A DNA stretch of 64,000 nt from an uncultured Planctomycetaceae bacterium (lineage in GTDB: Bacteria > Planctomycetota > Planctomycetia > Isosphaerales > Isosphaeraceae), in assembly GCA_963833985.1 (NCBI GenBank), contig CAWIAD010000002.1, forward strand, positions 5,632,001-5,696,000, written 5' to 3'. The notes beneath the pieces were generated by a model, which saw only the letters and a list, made by a program, of their open reading frames with translations, did no database searches and was not told the DNA's origin. This document shows positions 18,952 to 29,979 of the stretch, piece by piece. Numbering within the stretch: position 1 is the stretch's first letter; each line of letters opens with the position of its first letter. Both the position numbers and the translations under genes were made by a program.

Positions 18952-19947
18952 TCATCCGCCACAGCCACCGCACCCGCCGCCACCGCATCCACCGCCACCG
19001 CATCCACCGCCACCGCATCCACCGCCACCGCTGCCGCATCCACCTCCGGCTCCACCAACCGCCGCTCCGCAGCCGCCCGCTCCGCCACATCCGCATCCGG
19101 CCGCGTCGGTCTGGCGCATCAGAGGCCTCCAGGCTGCCTGCATTGTTGTACCGGCCAGGGCGGGCAGGCCAAGCAGCGCGATCGCCATGACCGCGGAGGG
19201 ATCAGCCACCGCGTCCGGCGCGCTGGCAACCCGGCCGGGCCAGTCGTCGAACGCCAGGCGGAGCCGGTCGAGATACTCCCTTCCCTGCCTGGTCAGTCGG
19301 GGAATCCGGGCAGCGACCAGTACGGCGATCGTGCCTGCGATTCCCAGCACGATCAGAAAACCGACGTTCTGCCTCCCCTTGGCGAGCGCCAGCAAGATCT
19401 TGTAACCCGCAAGCAGCAGCAGACAGGCGGCCGCCGACCAGCCGAGACGGAAAGCCTCCCTCTGGTACTCCGGAGGCATCAGCAGCAGATCATCCTTGAG
19501 GGGTTCCTCGAGCTTCGCACAGTAGGCCTGGGTCAGCGAGGCGATCTGCTTATCCCTTCGAAGCTCCAGAATCGAGCGCGGGCTCTTGACCTCTTCAAAA
19601 ATGGCCCGCTCGAACTCATCAAGCAAACCAAGCTCGCCGGTTCCTTCAGGGCGGGCAATCATCGGCCCGCGCTCCGCGGCCGGCAGCATCTGGAGATAGC
19701 CCCTGCGGCAAAGGTCGAAGAGAACCACGGCAAGAAGGCGCGGGGCACCGCCGCGGAGATAGGCAATCTGGTAGTTGCTGAGCTTCCACTTGCCGGGGGC
19801 AGCCGGAAAGTCAGGCTCGATGGGGGAATCAAGTCGACGCGTCCTGATTCTCACGGCAACAACCGTGAACAGGACGAAAACGGCGTAGACCAGCAAGAAT
19901 CTGGGTCCTGGCATGTCCGCGATGGCGTTCTGAGTCAACCAGTGCAT
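18952..19947 (-). CDS. TIGR04222-like membrane protein with Gly/Cys-rich C-terminal tail
   Basis: ADMPGPRFL, YQIAYLRGG, three TM segments, RLTRQG; tail GCGCGGAGGCG..GCGSGGGGCGGGGCGGGGCGGGGCGGCGG; start reassigned to ATG 19947. Confidence 0.85.
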   Translation of the reverse strand: MHWLTQNAIADMPGPRFLLVYAVFVLFTVVAVRIRTRRLDSPIEPDFPAAPGKWKLSNYQIAYLRGGAPRLLAVVLFDLCRRGYLQMLPAAERGPMIARPEGTGELGLLDEFERAIFEEVKSPRSILELRRDKQIASLTQAYCAKLEEPLKDDLLLMPPEYQREAFRLGWSAAACLLLLAGYKILLALAKGRQNVGFLIVLGIAGTIAVLVAARIPRLTRQGREYLDRLRLAFDDWPGRVASAPDAVADPSAVMAIALLGLPALAGTTMQAAWRPLMRQTDAAGCGCGGAGGCGAAVGGAGGGCGSGGGGCGGGGCGGGGCGGGGCGGCGG

Positions 19948-20084
19948 GGCGCCGCTCCCGCTCCCGAATCTGGCCCGGTAGGCAGCAAACAAACTCTCTG
20001 GAGCAATGGACGCAAGAGCTTGATCGGTCGGGCGCGAATTCGCACGGATTATCATGGAAGGCCGCGCGCGGCCGTGGTCTGCAC

Positions 20085-22313
20085 TCAGGCATAATTCCCT
20101 CGCGCGTCGGCCGGACGCGATCTGCCTCGGACGTTGAGGAGGAGAAGCACCACCGCGGGCAGGCCCAGCGAGACCGGCAGCAACCACCAGGTCGCCGCCA
20201 TACTCAGGGGCCAGGGGTAAGGATGTCGCAGCACGACCACCAGAGGCGTTGTGCCGACACGATGGTAGTTCGTCATGGCGCCATCGCGGACCGACTCGAC
20301 GTCGTCGAAGAGCCCCGCATCCCGCTCGAACCTGGACATCCGGGGAAGCTCTGCCGGCGACTTCCAGATCGGCTCGAAGCGGCTATCCAGATCCGCATAG
20401 GTGCGGCTCAACGCAATCACGTAGCGAACCGGTGGATCGCGTTCCCACTCCGAATAGGCCCAGTCCACCGGGCTGACCAGCGCGGCGCCGGACAGTTCGT
20501 CGCGCATGTCGAGATCGACGAGCTTCCAGCCGATCGTCACATTCGCCACCAGGACGGCGAGGCACCGATCCCTGTCCCAGACCCTGGTGGCGATCCCGAT
20601 CTTGTAGTAGTTGTCTTTGATTGAATGATAGACGCGCGAGATATTCACGGCTTCGCGCTGGGCGGCGAGCGGGCCCTCAAACAGACGGCGAAAGTAATCG
20701 CGGTTGGCGAAGTTCTTGCCCAGGAAATTGGCACCGCCCGGCATGGTGTCGGCAAGCAAGATGCCCGCGGGGTCCATCAGGTAAAGGTTGAATAGAGGAT
20801 TGTTTCCCGTCAGGTCGAACCAGTAATTATAATCTTTTGTGGTTTTCACCAGGAAAGCATCAAGCCTCGATCGCAGCCGCTCCGGAGGATCGCCCTGGCG
20901 GCGGAGCGCATCGAGCAACTCTCCCTCCTGCGCTGATCGAGCGACGGCGCGGCTGATCATACGCAGCTTGTCGTCGATCTCCCGGGCCAGGCGGGCGGCC
21001 TCCCTGCGGTTCGAGGCTTTCACCTCGCCGAATGATCCCATCATGACCGCGAGGAAACCGAACGCCAGCACCGCGGCGGAGGAAAGAAACGGATGCCGGC
21101 AAAGCCAGAACAGGACATGCTTGCCGACGGACGGTTTACCGGCCAGCGACGGCTCGCCCCGGCGCCACCGTCGCAAGTCGCTGGCCAGGGCATCGGCCGA
21201 GCCATAGCGCCCTGACGGATCGCGCCGCAGGCATTTCAGACAGACGGCCTCGAGCTCGCGATCCACGGCGCGGTTCAGCTTGCGCGGCGGTACGATCTTG
21301 CCCGCGATCACAAGGCCCAGGGTCTCCACATCGGTCTTGCCCTTGCACGGTGGCGTGCCCGTGAGGATCGAGTAGAGCACGGCGCCGAGGCCGTAGACGT
21401 CCGAGGCCGTCGAGATGTCCTGCCAGCGTCCCTCGGCCATTTCCGGCGACATGTAGGGACAGGTTCCGACGGCGCCGAGCCTGGTCAAGGTGACCGAAGG
21501 CTCGTCGTGCGCGACCGCGCCGTCCACGTCGACCGGAGTGGGCCCGGCCACCGGCCTGGCGAGCGATTCCAGCCGCATGGCAAGCCCAAAATCCGTGACG
21601 CGGGGCTCTCCTTGCGCATCGAGCAGGATGTTCGCCGGCTTGAGGTCAAGATGCAGCACGCCCGGATTGCGCGTGTGCGCATGGTGGATCGCCCTGGCGA
21701 CTTTCTCCATGAGCTCGCCAGCCAGCCGGGGATTCGCCGTTTCCTTCCTGAATCGATCGGCGACGGTTCCACCCTCCATCAAGTCCATCGAGAAGAACCA
21801 CCTTCCCCGGTCGCGATCGAAATACTTGATCCCGATGATGTAGGGGTGTCGCAGCGCGGCAATGGTCCTGGCTTCCTCGGTGAGCCGGAGGATGGAGGAC
21901 TCGTCATGCTCGGCCCAGTGGTGCAGCACCTTGACCGCGGCCAGGTCGTTACTCTTCAGGTGCCGCGCCTTCCAGACCTCGCCCTGTCCGCCTCCGCCGA
22001 GCAGTTCGAGCAACTGGTAACCTCCAATCAGATCGCCTCCGCGGGGGCGGTCGAGATTCGAGGGTTCTTGAGGCTGCTCGGGCCGGTACGACCTGGTCGG
22101 CTGGTCGAATCCTGCTCCAACCACGCCGCGGGGTGCGAGCACCACCGCCAGGTCGTTGAAGTACTCTTCAAGCTGAGGTGCGACCTCGGGATGGCGAGCA
22201 ATCCACTCGGCGGGCCCGGGTGACTCACCCCGGTCAATCGCGGCGTGAAAGTCGTAGATCGCCAGGTCAACCTTCAGCTCCAGGTCGCTCGCCGCGTCAC
22301 CTTCGCGGGCCAT
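20085..22313 (-). CDS. Hanks-type Ser/Thr protein kinase with TM segments and extracytoplasmic Cache-like domain
   Basis: LGGGGQGEVW, AVK, HLDLKPANIL, VTDFGLA, YMSPE, SDVYGLG; sensor region GKNFANRDYF. Confidence 0.9.
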   Translation of the reverse strand: MAREGDAASDLELKVDLAIYDFHAAIDRGESPGPAEWIARHPEVAPQLEEYFNDLAVVLAPRGVVGAGFDQPTRSYRPEQPQEPSNLDRPRGGDLIGGYQLLELLGGGGQGEVWKARHLKSNDLAAVKVLHHWAEHDESSILRLTEEARTIAALRHPYIIGIKYFDRDRGRWFFSMDLMEGGTVADRFRKETANPRLAGELMEKVARAIHHAHTRNPGVLHLDLKPANILLDAQGEPRVTDFGLAMRLESLARPVAGPTPVDVDGAVAHDEPSVTLTRLGAVGTCPYMSPEMAEGRWQDISTASDVYGLGAVLYSILTGTPPCKGKTDVETLGLVIAGKIVPPRKLNRAVDRELEAVCLKCLRRDPSGRYGSADALASDLRRWRRGEPSLAGKPSVGKHVLFWLCRHPFLSSAAVLAFGFLAVMMGSFGEVKASNRREAARLAREIDDKLRMISRAVARSAQEGELLDALRRQGDPPERLRSRLDAFLVKTTKDYNYWFDLTGNNPLFNLYLMDPAGILLADTMPGGANFLGKNFANRDYFRRLFEGPLAAQREAVNISRVYHSIKDNYYKIGIATRVWDRDRCLAVLVANVTIGWKLVDLDMRDELSGAALVSPVDWAYSEWERDPPVRYVIALSRTYADLDSRFEPIWKSPAELPRMSRFERDAGLFDDVESVRDGAMTNYHRVGTTPLVVVLRHPYPWPLSMAATWWLLPVSLGLPAVVLLLLNVRGRSRPADARGNYA

Positions 22314-22316
22314 GGA

Positions 22317-22886
22317 TTACCGGCTCCTTGATCTGAGATCCTGGAACTCGTGCGTCGCGATCAGCTCTCTGAGGGCTCTGAGCCCCCGCTTCAGAAGCCC
22401 GCCGATGGCCTGCGGAGAACGATTCATGTGCCGGCCGATCGCCTCGACGGACCAGTTTTCGCAGTGCTTCAGAACAACCGCCTCGGCCTGGTCAGGAGGC
22501 AATCGAGAAAGAAGGCGCGCGATCAGGACCGATCTCTCCTCGCCCTTCAGTCCGACGCTCGGTGCTGGCTGAGCCGCGGCGCACAACTGCTCCATGTTCA
22601 CGGAGCTTTGATCGAGATCGGCGTACGGGACGGTCCTCGGCTTCTTCAGCGCCCGGAATTGATCGCTCAGCAAGTTGGCGAGAATCTGCCTCAGCCAGCA
22701 GGCTTTCTCGGCCGTCGAATAGCCGCGGAACGTCGCTCGTTCGCGGTGGGCGCGGAGCAACGTTTCCTGGATCAGGTCAGACGGGTCGATCCGATCCCGG
22801 AGATCGATCGCGATCCACTTCCACGAAAGCGCCCGCAGGTAATCCCGAAAGCCCTCGAGCTCGCCGTCAGTCTCGGTTGGCGGCAT
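22317..22886 (-). CDS. ECF sigma factor, planctomycete kinase-associated type
   Basis: LEGFRDYLR, RIDPSDLIQETLLRAH, WLRQILAN, LPPDQAEAVVL, AIGGLLKRGLRALRE. Confidence 0.9.
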   Translation of the reverse strand: MPPTETDGELEGFRDYLRALSWKWIAIDLRDRIDPSDLIQETLLRAHRERATFRGYSTAEKACWLRQILANLLSDQFRALKKPRTVPYADLDQSSVNMEQLCAAAQPAPSVGLKGEERSVLIARLLSRLPPDQAEAVVLKHCENWSVEAIGRHMNRSPQAIGGLLKRGLRALRELIATHEFQDLRSRSR

Positions 22887-22949
22887 GGCAGCGACTCCGG
22901 ATGGACCGCGTCAGCCCCCACCCGGCCGGGGCCGGCCCGCGGGGGCCCG

Positions 22950-23342
22950 TCAACTCACCAGGCTTTCCTCGCCCCTCTCCTCCTCGAGCACCTCGAAGAG
23001 GTAGCCGTTGGGATCGCGGAAGAAGAAGCGGTCGAAGGGCGTGTCGCGGAGCGGTTCGATGAGCTCGGCACCCTGAGCGGCCAGGCGCTCCTTGAGGCTC
23101 GGGAAGGCCGAGCGCGGCACGCTCACCGCGATGTGCCGGCCGTATTCTTGCTCGAACGGTGAAGGCTGGAACCCGGGCACCTCGACCAGGTGCAGCTCCT
23201 GCCCGGGTGCGATTTGCAGCCAGGCTGTGGGCGCCGCGTTGTTCCGCGGCCGGCCGATGGGCGTCCAGCCCAGGACCTCGTGGAAGAAGGCCGCGGACCT
23301 TGTCAACTCGCGCGTGGCCAGGGTGACATGAGCCAGTGCCAC
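22950..23342 (-). CDS. VOC/glyoxalase family protein
   Basis: LAHVTLAT..SAAFFHEVLG, ELHL, GRHIAV, FFRDPNGYLFEV. Confidence 0.9.
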   Translation of the reverse strand: MALAHVTLATRELTRSAAFFHEVLGWTPIGRPRNNAAPTAWLQIAPGQELHLVEVPGFQPSPFEQEYGRHIAVSVPRSAFPSLKERLAAQGAELIEPLRDTPFDRFFFRDPNGYLFEVLEEERGEESLVS

Positions 23343-23436
23343 GATTCGGCTCCTTGATTGTCCTGGATTGTGCGTCCGATGCCGCTCTTCTCATAATAGT
23401 CGAGAGCAGGCCCAGATTCACCGAGGCACTGACACG

Positions 23437-25891
23437 ATGACCGATCCCAGGAGACGCGCACCGGTGAGACGGCAGCCGCAGTTGCTTCTGACGCTGATGC
23501 TCTCCGCGCTCGTGGTCGTTTCCGCGCGGGTCGGATGCGCCCGCGGTTCCGAGCTTGGAGCAGGATGTTCAGCCACTGCTGAAGGCTCGTTGCATCAAGT
23601 GCCATGGCCCGATCAAGCCCAAGGCGAAGCTGAACCTCTCCGGCCCCAGGTCGCTGGCCCGCGGTGGAGAGAGCGGCCCGGCCGTCGAGCCCGGGTCGCT
23701 CGAGCAGAGCGTGCTCTGGGATCGCATTGCGACCGGCGAGATGCCTCCGAACCGCGACGAACCGCTCTCCAGCACGGAGAAAGTGCTCATTCGCCGCTGG
23801 ATCGAACAGGGCGCGAAGGGATTGCCGCGGCCCGAGGACCTGGGACGGGCGACCTCGAGTCCAGGTGCCGATCACTGGGCGTTCGGGCCGATCGCGGTTC
23901 CCATTCCGCCCGTGCCGCGTGATGGCTCGCGCGTGCATACCGCCGTCGATCGCTTCGTCCAGGCTGCGCTCGAGGAACGCGGACTCGGCCTTGGGGTCGA
24001 GGCCGATCGTGCCACCTTGATGCGCCGGCTCAGCTTTGACCTTACAGGATTGCCGCCCACACCTCAGGAGATTGCCGCGTTCGTGGCTGATCGCCGGGCG
24101 GATGCCTACGAGCGGCTGGTCGAGCGGCTGCTGAGCTCGCCCCGCCACGGCGAGCGCTGGGGCAAGTACTGGCTGGACGCGGCCGGCTACGCCGAGTCGA
24201 ACGGTTACTTCAGCGCGGATTCCGATCGGCCGCTGGCCTACCGTTATCGCGACTACGTGATCCGGGCATTGAACGCCGACAGGCCGCTGGACCAGATCGT
24301 GCGTGAGCAACTGGCCGGCGACGAGCTTGCCGGCTACAAGCCAGGAATCGAGGTCACGCCCACCATCATCGACCAGCTCATCGCCACGCATTTCCTGCGC
24401 AACGGGCAGGACGGGACCGGTGAGAGCGACGGCAATCCCGACGAGGTGTGCGCCGACAAGGTGGCCGTGCTGGACGCCACGGTGCAGATCATCGGCTCTT
24501 CGCTCCTGGGGCTGACCCTCCAGTGCGCGAAGTGCCACGACCACAAGTTCGAGCCCGTCACCCAGCAGGAGTATTACCAGCTCCATGCGATCCTGGCTCC
24601 GGCCTTCCGGCTCGACAGATGGGTCAAGCCCAATGACCGCGTTGTCGCGGCCGCACCACGACCGATCGAAGAGCGCTGGCAAGCGCACCAGCGCATCATC
24701 GACGCCGAGCTCGCCCGTCTGGCACAGCAGCTTGGACCCAGGCCGAACGATTCCGCCAAGGAGAAAGCAGCCCGGCAGAAGGCGCTGGACAAGGCGGCCG
24801 AGCCCATCAAGGCCAGGCGCTGGCCGCACCCTGGCCGCATCGCCTGGGTGGGCGACCTGGGACCGGAGGCCATCTCCACACCGCTCTTCGTCCGTGGCAA
24901 CCCGAGCACACCCGGCCCGCTTGTGGGCCCCGGCGTGCCCGCGTTCCTGACCGATCCGGACAACCCGTACGAGGTCCGGCCCCCGGCGCCGGAGGCACGC
25001 TCGACGGGCCGCCGGCTGGCCCTGGCGCGGTGGCTCACCCGGCCCGGCTCGCGGCCCGCGGCCCTGCTGGCCCGCGTGCTTGCGAACCGCATCTGGCAGC
25101 ATCACTTCGGCATGGGGCTGGCCGCGACACCCGACAACCTGGGATACACCGGCTCGCCGCCGACAAACCCTGCACTCCTGGAATACCTGGCCGCCGAGCT
25201 TGTTCGCTCGGGCTGGAGCGCCCGGGCCCTGCATCGCCTGATCGTCCACTCCGCCGTCTGGCGCCAGTCGAGCGCAACAGTGTCCCGTGCGCAGGCGATC
25301 GATCCGGACAATCGCCTGCTGGCGCGGTTCCCCCTCCGCCGGCTCGATGCCGAGGCCATGCGCGACGCCATGCTGGCGGCTTCGGGTGAGCTGGTCGAGA
25401 TCGGCGGGGGGCCCTCGGTGCCAACCGAGCGCACCGCTTCGGGCGAGGTCGTGCCCGTCGATCCGGGCGGTGCCGGCCTGCGCAGGTCGGTCTATCTGAT
25501 GCAGCACAGGACCCAGGTCACGAGCCTGCTGGAGGTGTTCGATGCCCCTTCGATGGTCAGCACCTGCACCCGGAGGTTGGCGGCGACGGTGCCCTTGCAA
25601 TCGCTCAGCCTGCTCAATTCCGAGTTCGTGCTGGCCCGCGCCGCCGCGCTGGCCGCGCGCCTGGAGCGGGACTGTCCGCGGCCGGAGGCGGCCGAGGTAC
25701 GTCTCGAGCGGGGCTTCCTGCTCACGATGGGCCGCCTTCCCGACAACGGAGAGCGAGCCCTGGCCCGGCGGTTCCTGCAAACCCAGCCGGGCCGCTACGC
25801 CGGCCTGGCCCCGCGCGACGCGGAGCGCCGCGCCTGGGCCGACTTCTGCCAGATGCTCCTGGCCAGCAACTCCTTCCTTTATGTGGAGTAG
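23437..25891 (+). CDS. Planctomycete cytochrome c / PSD1 (DUF1549-DUF1553) protein (frameshift ~23527)
   Basis: CIKCHG, RRLSFDLTGLPPT, HGERWGKYWLD, LQCAKCHDHKFEP, ANRIWQHHFG, RRLDAEAMRD; signal peptide in upstream frame. Confidence 0.9.
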
Positions 25892-25903
25892 TCGAGGACG
25901 CAC

Positions 25904-27345
25904 GTGAGCCGCGAAACCGAGAACAGCTTTCGCCTGAACCGCCGCGCCTTCCTTGGCCGCCACGCCGGCGCCCTGGGGACGCTGGCCCTCGCGCACCTGC
26001 TCGACACGGAGGATCGCCGCACCCGCGCGGCCGGATTCGAGGCCGGCAGCGACGTCCGTCCGGACGCCTTTCTGCCGGCCGCGCGGCCCGCGCAAAGTCG
26101 GTGATCTGCCTGTTTCAGCACGGCGGTCCCAGCCAGATGGACCTGTTTGATCCCAAGCCCGTGCTCGCGCGGCACCATGGCAAGCCCTATCCCGGCGCGC
26201 TCGAGATCCACTTCAACACCCAGGCAGGCAACGTGCTGGCCTCGCCCTTCCGGTTCACTCCGCGCGGCGAGTCGGGACTGGTGCTGAGCGAGCTCCTGCC
26301 GCACACCGCCGGCATCGCCGACGAGCTCACGCTCATCCGCTCGATGACGACCGAATCGGTCGATCACGAGGCCGCCTTGCGGTTGATTCACACGGGCAAG
26401 ATTCTGGCCGGCCGACCCACCTGGGGCTCGTGGGTGGTCTACGCCCTGGGTACCGAGAACCGGAACCTGCCGTCGTACGTCGTGCTCTCGGATCCCGGCG
26501 GCCTGCCCGTGGACGGCGTGCGCAACTGGTCGAGCGGCTGGCTGCCAGCCATCTACCAGGGCACGCCATTCCGCTCCGGTGCCAACCCGGTGCTCAACCT
26601 GGAAACGCCGCGCGGCGTCAATTTCGAGGCCAGAAGCGCTCAGCTCCGCTTCCTGGACGAACTCAATCGCACCCACCTGGACCGCCATCCCGGCGACTCC
26701 GAGCTCGAGGCGCGCATCTCCAACTTCGAGATCGCCGCGCGGATGCAGACCACCGTTCCCGAGGCGGTTGACCTCTCCGGTGAGCCCGCATCGATCCGCC
26801 AGATGTATGGCCTGGACAACCCGATCACTCGCGAATACGGCACCCGCTGCTTGATCGCCCGCCGACTGGTCGAGCGCGGGGTCCGGTTCGTGCAGCTCTT
26901 CCTGAGCGGCCAGCCCTGGGACACGCACAGCAAGAACGCCCAGACCCTGAAGTCGCTCTGCGCCATGACCGATCAGCCTTCCGCGGCCCTGGTTCGCGAC
27001 CTCAAGCAGCGCGGGTTGCTGGACGAGACAATCGTCCTCTGGACGGGCGAGTTCGGCCGGCTGCCGGTCTCCCAGGGAAGCGACGGTCGCGACCACAACC
27101 GCCATGGGTTCTCGCTCTGGATCGCCGGCGGCGGCTTCCGGCGCGGCTACGTCCACGGGGCGACCGACGACTTCGGTTACGCCGCGGTTGCCGACATCGT
27201 CTCGGTCCACGACCTCCAGGCCACCCTCCTGATGGCTCTGGGCCTGGACCACCGCAAGCTTCTCTACCCTTTCGAGGGGCGTCTCGACAGCCTGACCGAC
27301 GCGGAGGTCACCAGGGCCCGGCTCGTTCCCGAGCTCCTGAGCTGA
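25904..27345 (+). CDS. DUF1501 domain protein with Tat signal (frameshift ~26090)
   Basis: NRRAFL, KSVICLFQHGGPSQMDLFDPKP, ARRLVERGVRFVQL, WDTH, GEFGRLP, GRDHN. Confidence 0.9.
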
Positions 27346-28101
27346 CGCTGGCCCGCCCCTGCCCCCGGAGCCGTCCACCCGGATTGGCTTCCTTCTGGCC
27401 AGTGCCTCGCGCTGTTTCTTGACCTCAAGTTTCAGTGCTGCATACTCTTGCGCCGAAATTGAATTGGCTTCGTTCCAGTGCGTTTTCGCACGTCTTGCCG
27501 CCCCGGCGGCGAGCTTTGCCAGCTTGCGCTGGACGATCGCATGCAGCAGCGCGAAGGCCGCGGCGCGGTCTTGCGGCTGGTCCGGAGTGATCACGCGCCA
27601 GGCGACCCGGACGAGGCATTCGGTGTGCTTTTGTGGCGCGATCGGCTGCTGGCACAAGGTCCAGAGTGCGCGGGCCGATCCGGGGGCAATCCTGTCCCAG
27701 GCCTGGAAGATGGCATTGAGCTCGGGGTCGCAAATGGCTTCGATCGGCAGCTTGCCCAGCAGCCTGATGAATTGCATTTGCTCTTCCTGAAGCCAGGTCC
27801 GTTCCGCTGCGATCCGCCGGCCGATCTCGGTCCATTGATCCCGCAGCCAGCGGCGGCCCGCCGCACTTGCCTTGAGCTCCGTGATGAGCAGGGCCGGCAC
27901 GTCATCCGGTTCCCGCGGCCGGAGCAGCCGCTCGCCCAGCTCCGGCACGAGTTTCCCCACGCCGGGGTCCCAGGTGGAGGGAGTTGTGCCGATTCTGCCG
28001 TCTGTTTCGTTCTTGCCGCTTGCGCGGCGCGGCCGGGGGCCGGGAGTCGCTTGCTCTCCGCGACGGGTGGGCTGCTGTCGGAATGGATCTGCGATCGTCA
28101 T
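27346..28101 (-). CDS. Hypothetical protein (3' end uncertain)
   Basis: Protein-like segment DDVPALLITELKASAAGRRWLRDQW..IRLLGKLPIEA within long minus ORF 25879-29031; no stop before it runs antisense into DUF1501. Confidence 0.4.
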
Positions 28102-28410
28102 GGCTGCGGACTCCGGGAGCACGGCGCGGTACTTCACTGGTATGATCTGGATGTTGCCCCGGTCAGTTGCATAAAAATGCTCAGATGGGTCCGCGTGCGG
28201 CCGCATCAAGGCTGATCGGACGCTCCTGGGGGCAAGCGGGACGGGCCTGGAACACCTCGGATTCGCCGGACCGAAGCGTCTCAGGCCAGGCAGTCTGACA
28301 CGGCGATGCCTGACCAGAAAACTGGTAAAATTCACCTCACCGCCCGACTTCGAGCACCGGGGCTGCGGTGGTCTGCCAGTCGGTTCCGGATGTCCGACGG
28401 GGTCCTCGCC

Positions 28411-29979
28411 ATGCAAGCCGATCACCTCGATGGACTGGTCTCGGCCCCTGACGAGCCATACCGGGCATTGCTGGCCGTCTCGGAGGCGATCGCGTCGCAC
28501 CGCGATCTGCCCGGGCTCTTCCACGAGCTGGCCGGCCGGCTCCATCTCGTGGTGCGATTCGACTACCTGACCCTGGTCCTGCACGAGGCAGCGACCGACA
28601 CCATGCGCATGCACGTTCTGGAGCCCCCCGAACCCGGAGAGCCCACGATAGTTCTTCCTCCTGAAGAGGACCCGGCGGGGTTGGTGTGGCAGACCCAGAA
28701 GCCGCTCATCACCTCGAGCATGGACGAGCTGAGGCGCTGGCCGCGGCTGCTGGAACGAGTGCAGCCACATGGCGTCGAGAGCTACTGCTGGCTGCCGCTG
28801 ACCACGGCCCGGCAGCGGCTGGGCACACTGGTGTTCACGTCCAAGCAGCCGTCCTCGTACGACAAGGGCGACGTGCGCTTCCTCCAGCTCGTCGCGAACC
28901 AGGTGGCCGTGGCGGTCGAGAACGCCCTGGCCTTCCAGGAGATCGAGGCGGCCTTGCGGGAGATCCAGGCACTCAAGGACAGGCTCGTCGAGGAGAATAC
29001 TTACCTCGAGGAAGAGGTCCGCAGAGAGCACAACTTCGGCGAGATCGTCGGCGAGAGCGCCGCGCTACGCCGGGTGCTGAAGGAGGTTGAGACTGTCGCT
29101 CCCACGGGATCCACGGTGCTCATCCGGGGCGAGACGGGCACGGGCAAGGAGCTCATCGCCCGCGCCCTGCACGAGCTGAGTCCCCGGCGCGACCGGACCT
29201 TCGTCAAGCTCAACTGCGCGGCCATCCCCACGGGGCTCCTGGAGAGCGAGCTCTTCGGCCACGAAAAGGGCGCTTTCACCGGTGCCATCAGCCAGAAGGT
29301 GGGGAGATTCGAACTGGCGCACCAGGGGACACTGCTGCTCGACGAGGTGGGCGATATCCCTCTGGAGCTTCAGCCCAAGCTGCTGCGCGTGCTCCAGGAA
29401 CAGGAGTTCGAGCGTCTCGGGGGTACGAGGACGATCAAGGTGGACGTGCGGCTGGTGGCGTCGACCCACCGCGACCTGGCCCGGCTGGTGGCCGACGGCC
29501 GCTTCCGTGAAGACCTCTACTACCGGCTGAACGTCTTCCCGCTGGTGCTGCCGCCGTTGCGGGAGCGTCGTGACGATATCCCGCGGCTGGCCCGCCATTT
29601 CACCCAGCGGTTCGCCCGGCGGATGGGTCGGCGCATCGAGACCATCCCGACCGCGGTGATGGAGGCGTTGGTGCACTACGCGTGGCCGGGCAACATCCGG
29701 GAATTGCAGAACGTGATCGAGCGGGCGGTCATCCTCTCCCCCGGCCTGTCGCTGCATGTCCCCACCGGCGACCTGCGGCCCGCCCCCGCATCGAGCCGGG
29801 CGTCGGCCGCCGCGCCGAGCACCCTGGCTGACGCCGAACGGGACCACATCCTGGGCGTCCTCCGCGAGGCCGGGTGGGTGCTGGGCGGCCCGGACGGCGC
29901 GGCGGCCCGGCTGGGGATGAAGCGGACCACGCTCCAGTCGAAGATGAAGAAGCTGGGCATCTCGCGTCCGCATCCGTGA
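28411..29979 (+). CDS. FhlA-like sigma54-dependent activator (GAF-AAA+-Fis HTH)
   Basis: GETGTGKE, ESELFGHEKGAFTGA, LLDEVG, FREDLYYRLNV, WPGNIRELQN, GAAARLGMKRTTL. Confidence 0.95.
   Translation: MQADHLDGLVSAPDEPYRALLAVSEAIASHRDLPGLFHELAGRLHLVVRFDYLTLVLHEAATDTMRMHVLEPPEPGEPTIVLPPEEDPAGLVWQTQKPLITSSMDELRRWPRLLERVQPHGVESYCWLPLTTARQRLGTLVFTSKQPSSYDKGDVRFLQLVANQVAVAVENALAFQEIEAALREIQALKDRLVEENTYLEEEVRREHNFGEIVGESAALRRVLKEVETVAPTGSTVLIRGETGTGKELIARALHELSPRRDRTFVKLNCAAIPTGLLESELFGHEKGAFTGAISQKVGRFELAHQGTLLLDEVGDIPLELQPKLLRVLQEQEFERLGGTRTIKVDVRLVASTHRDLARLVADGRFREDLYYRLNVFPLVLPPLRERRDDIPRLARHFTQRFARRMGRRIETIPTAVMEALVHYAWPGNIRELQNVIERAVILSPGLSLHVPTGDLRPAPASSRASAAAPSTLADAERDHILGVLREAGWVLGGPDGAAARLGMKRTTLQSKMKKLGISRPHP

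Noticed and set aside
19948..20187. 80-aa N-terminal extension of the Cys-tail membrane protein given by the ORF track
   Set aside because: Overlaps the kinase 3' end; family-like sequence starts at ATG 19947 after a GGGAG RBS
8658..27345. Split genes as pseudogenes or programmed frameshifts
   Set aside because: Single small indels, no other decay, no slippery heptamers noticed, shared GCGC context; sequencing error is more likely
23303..29031. 930-aa and 1050-aa minus-strand ORFs
   Set aside because: Mostly antisense to PSD1, DUF1501 and the FhlA-like gene; only 27346-28101 may be real
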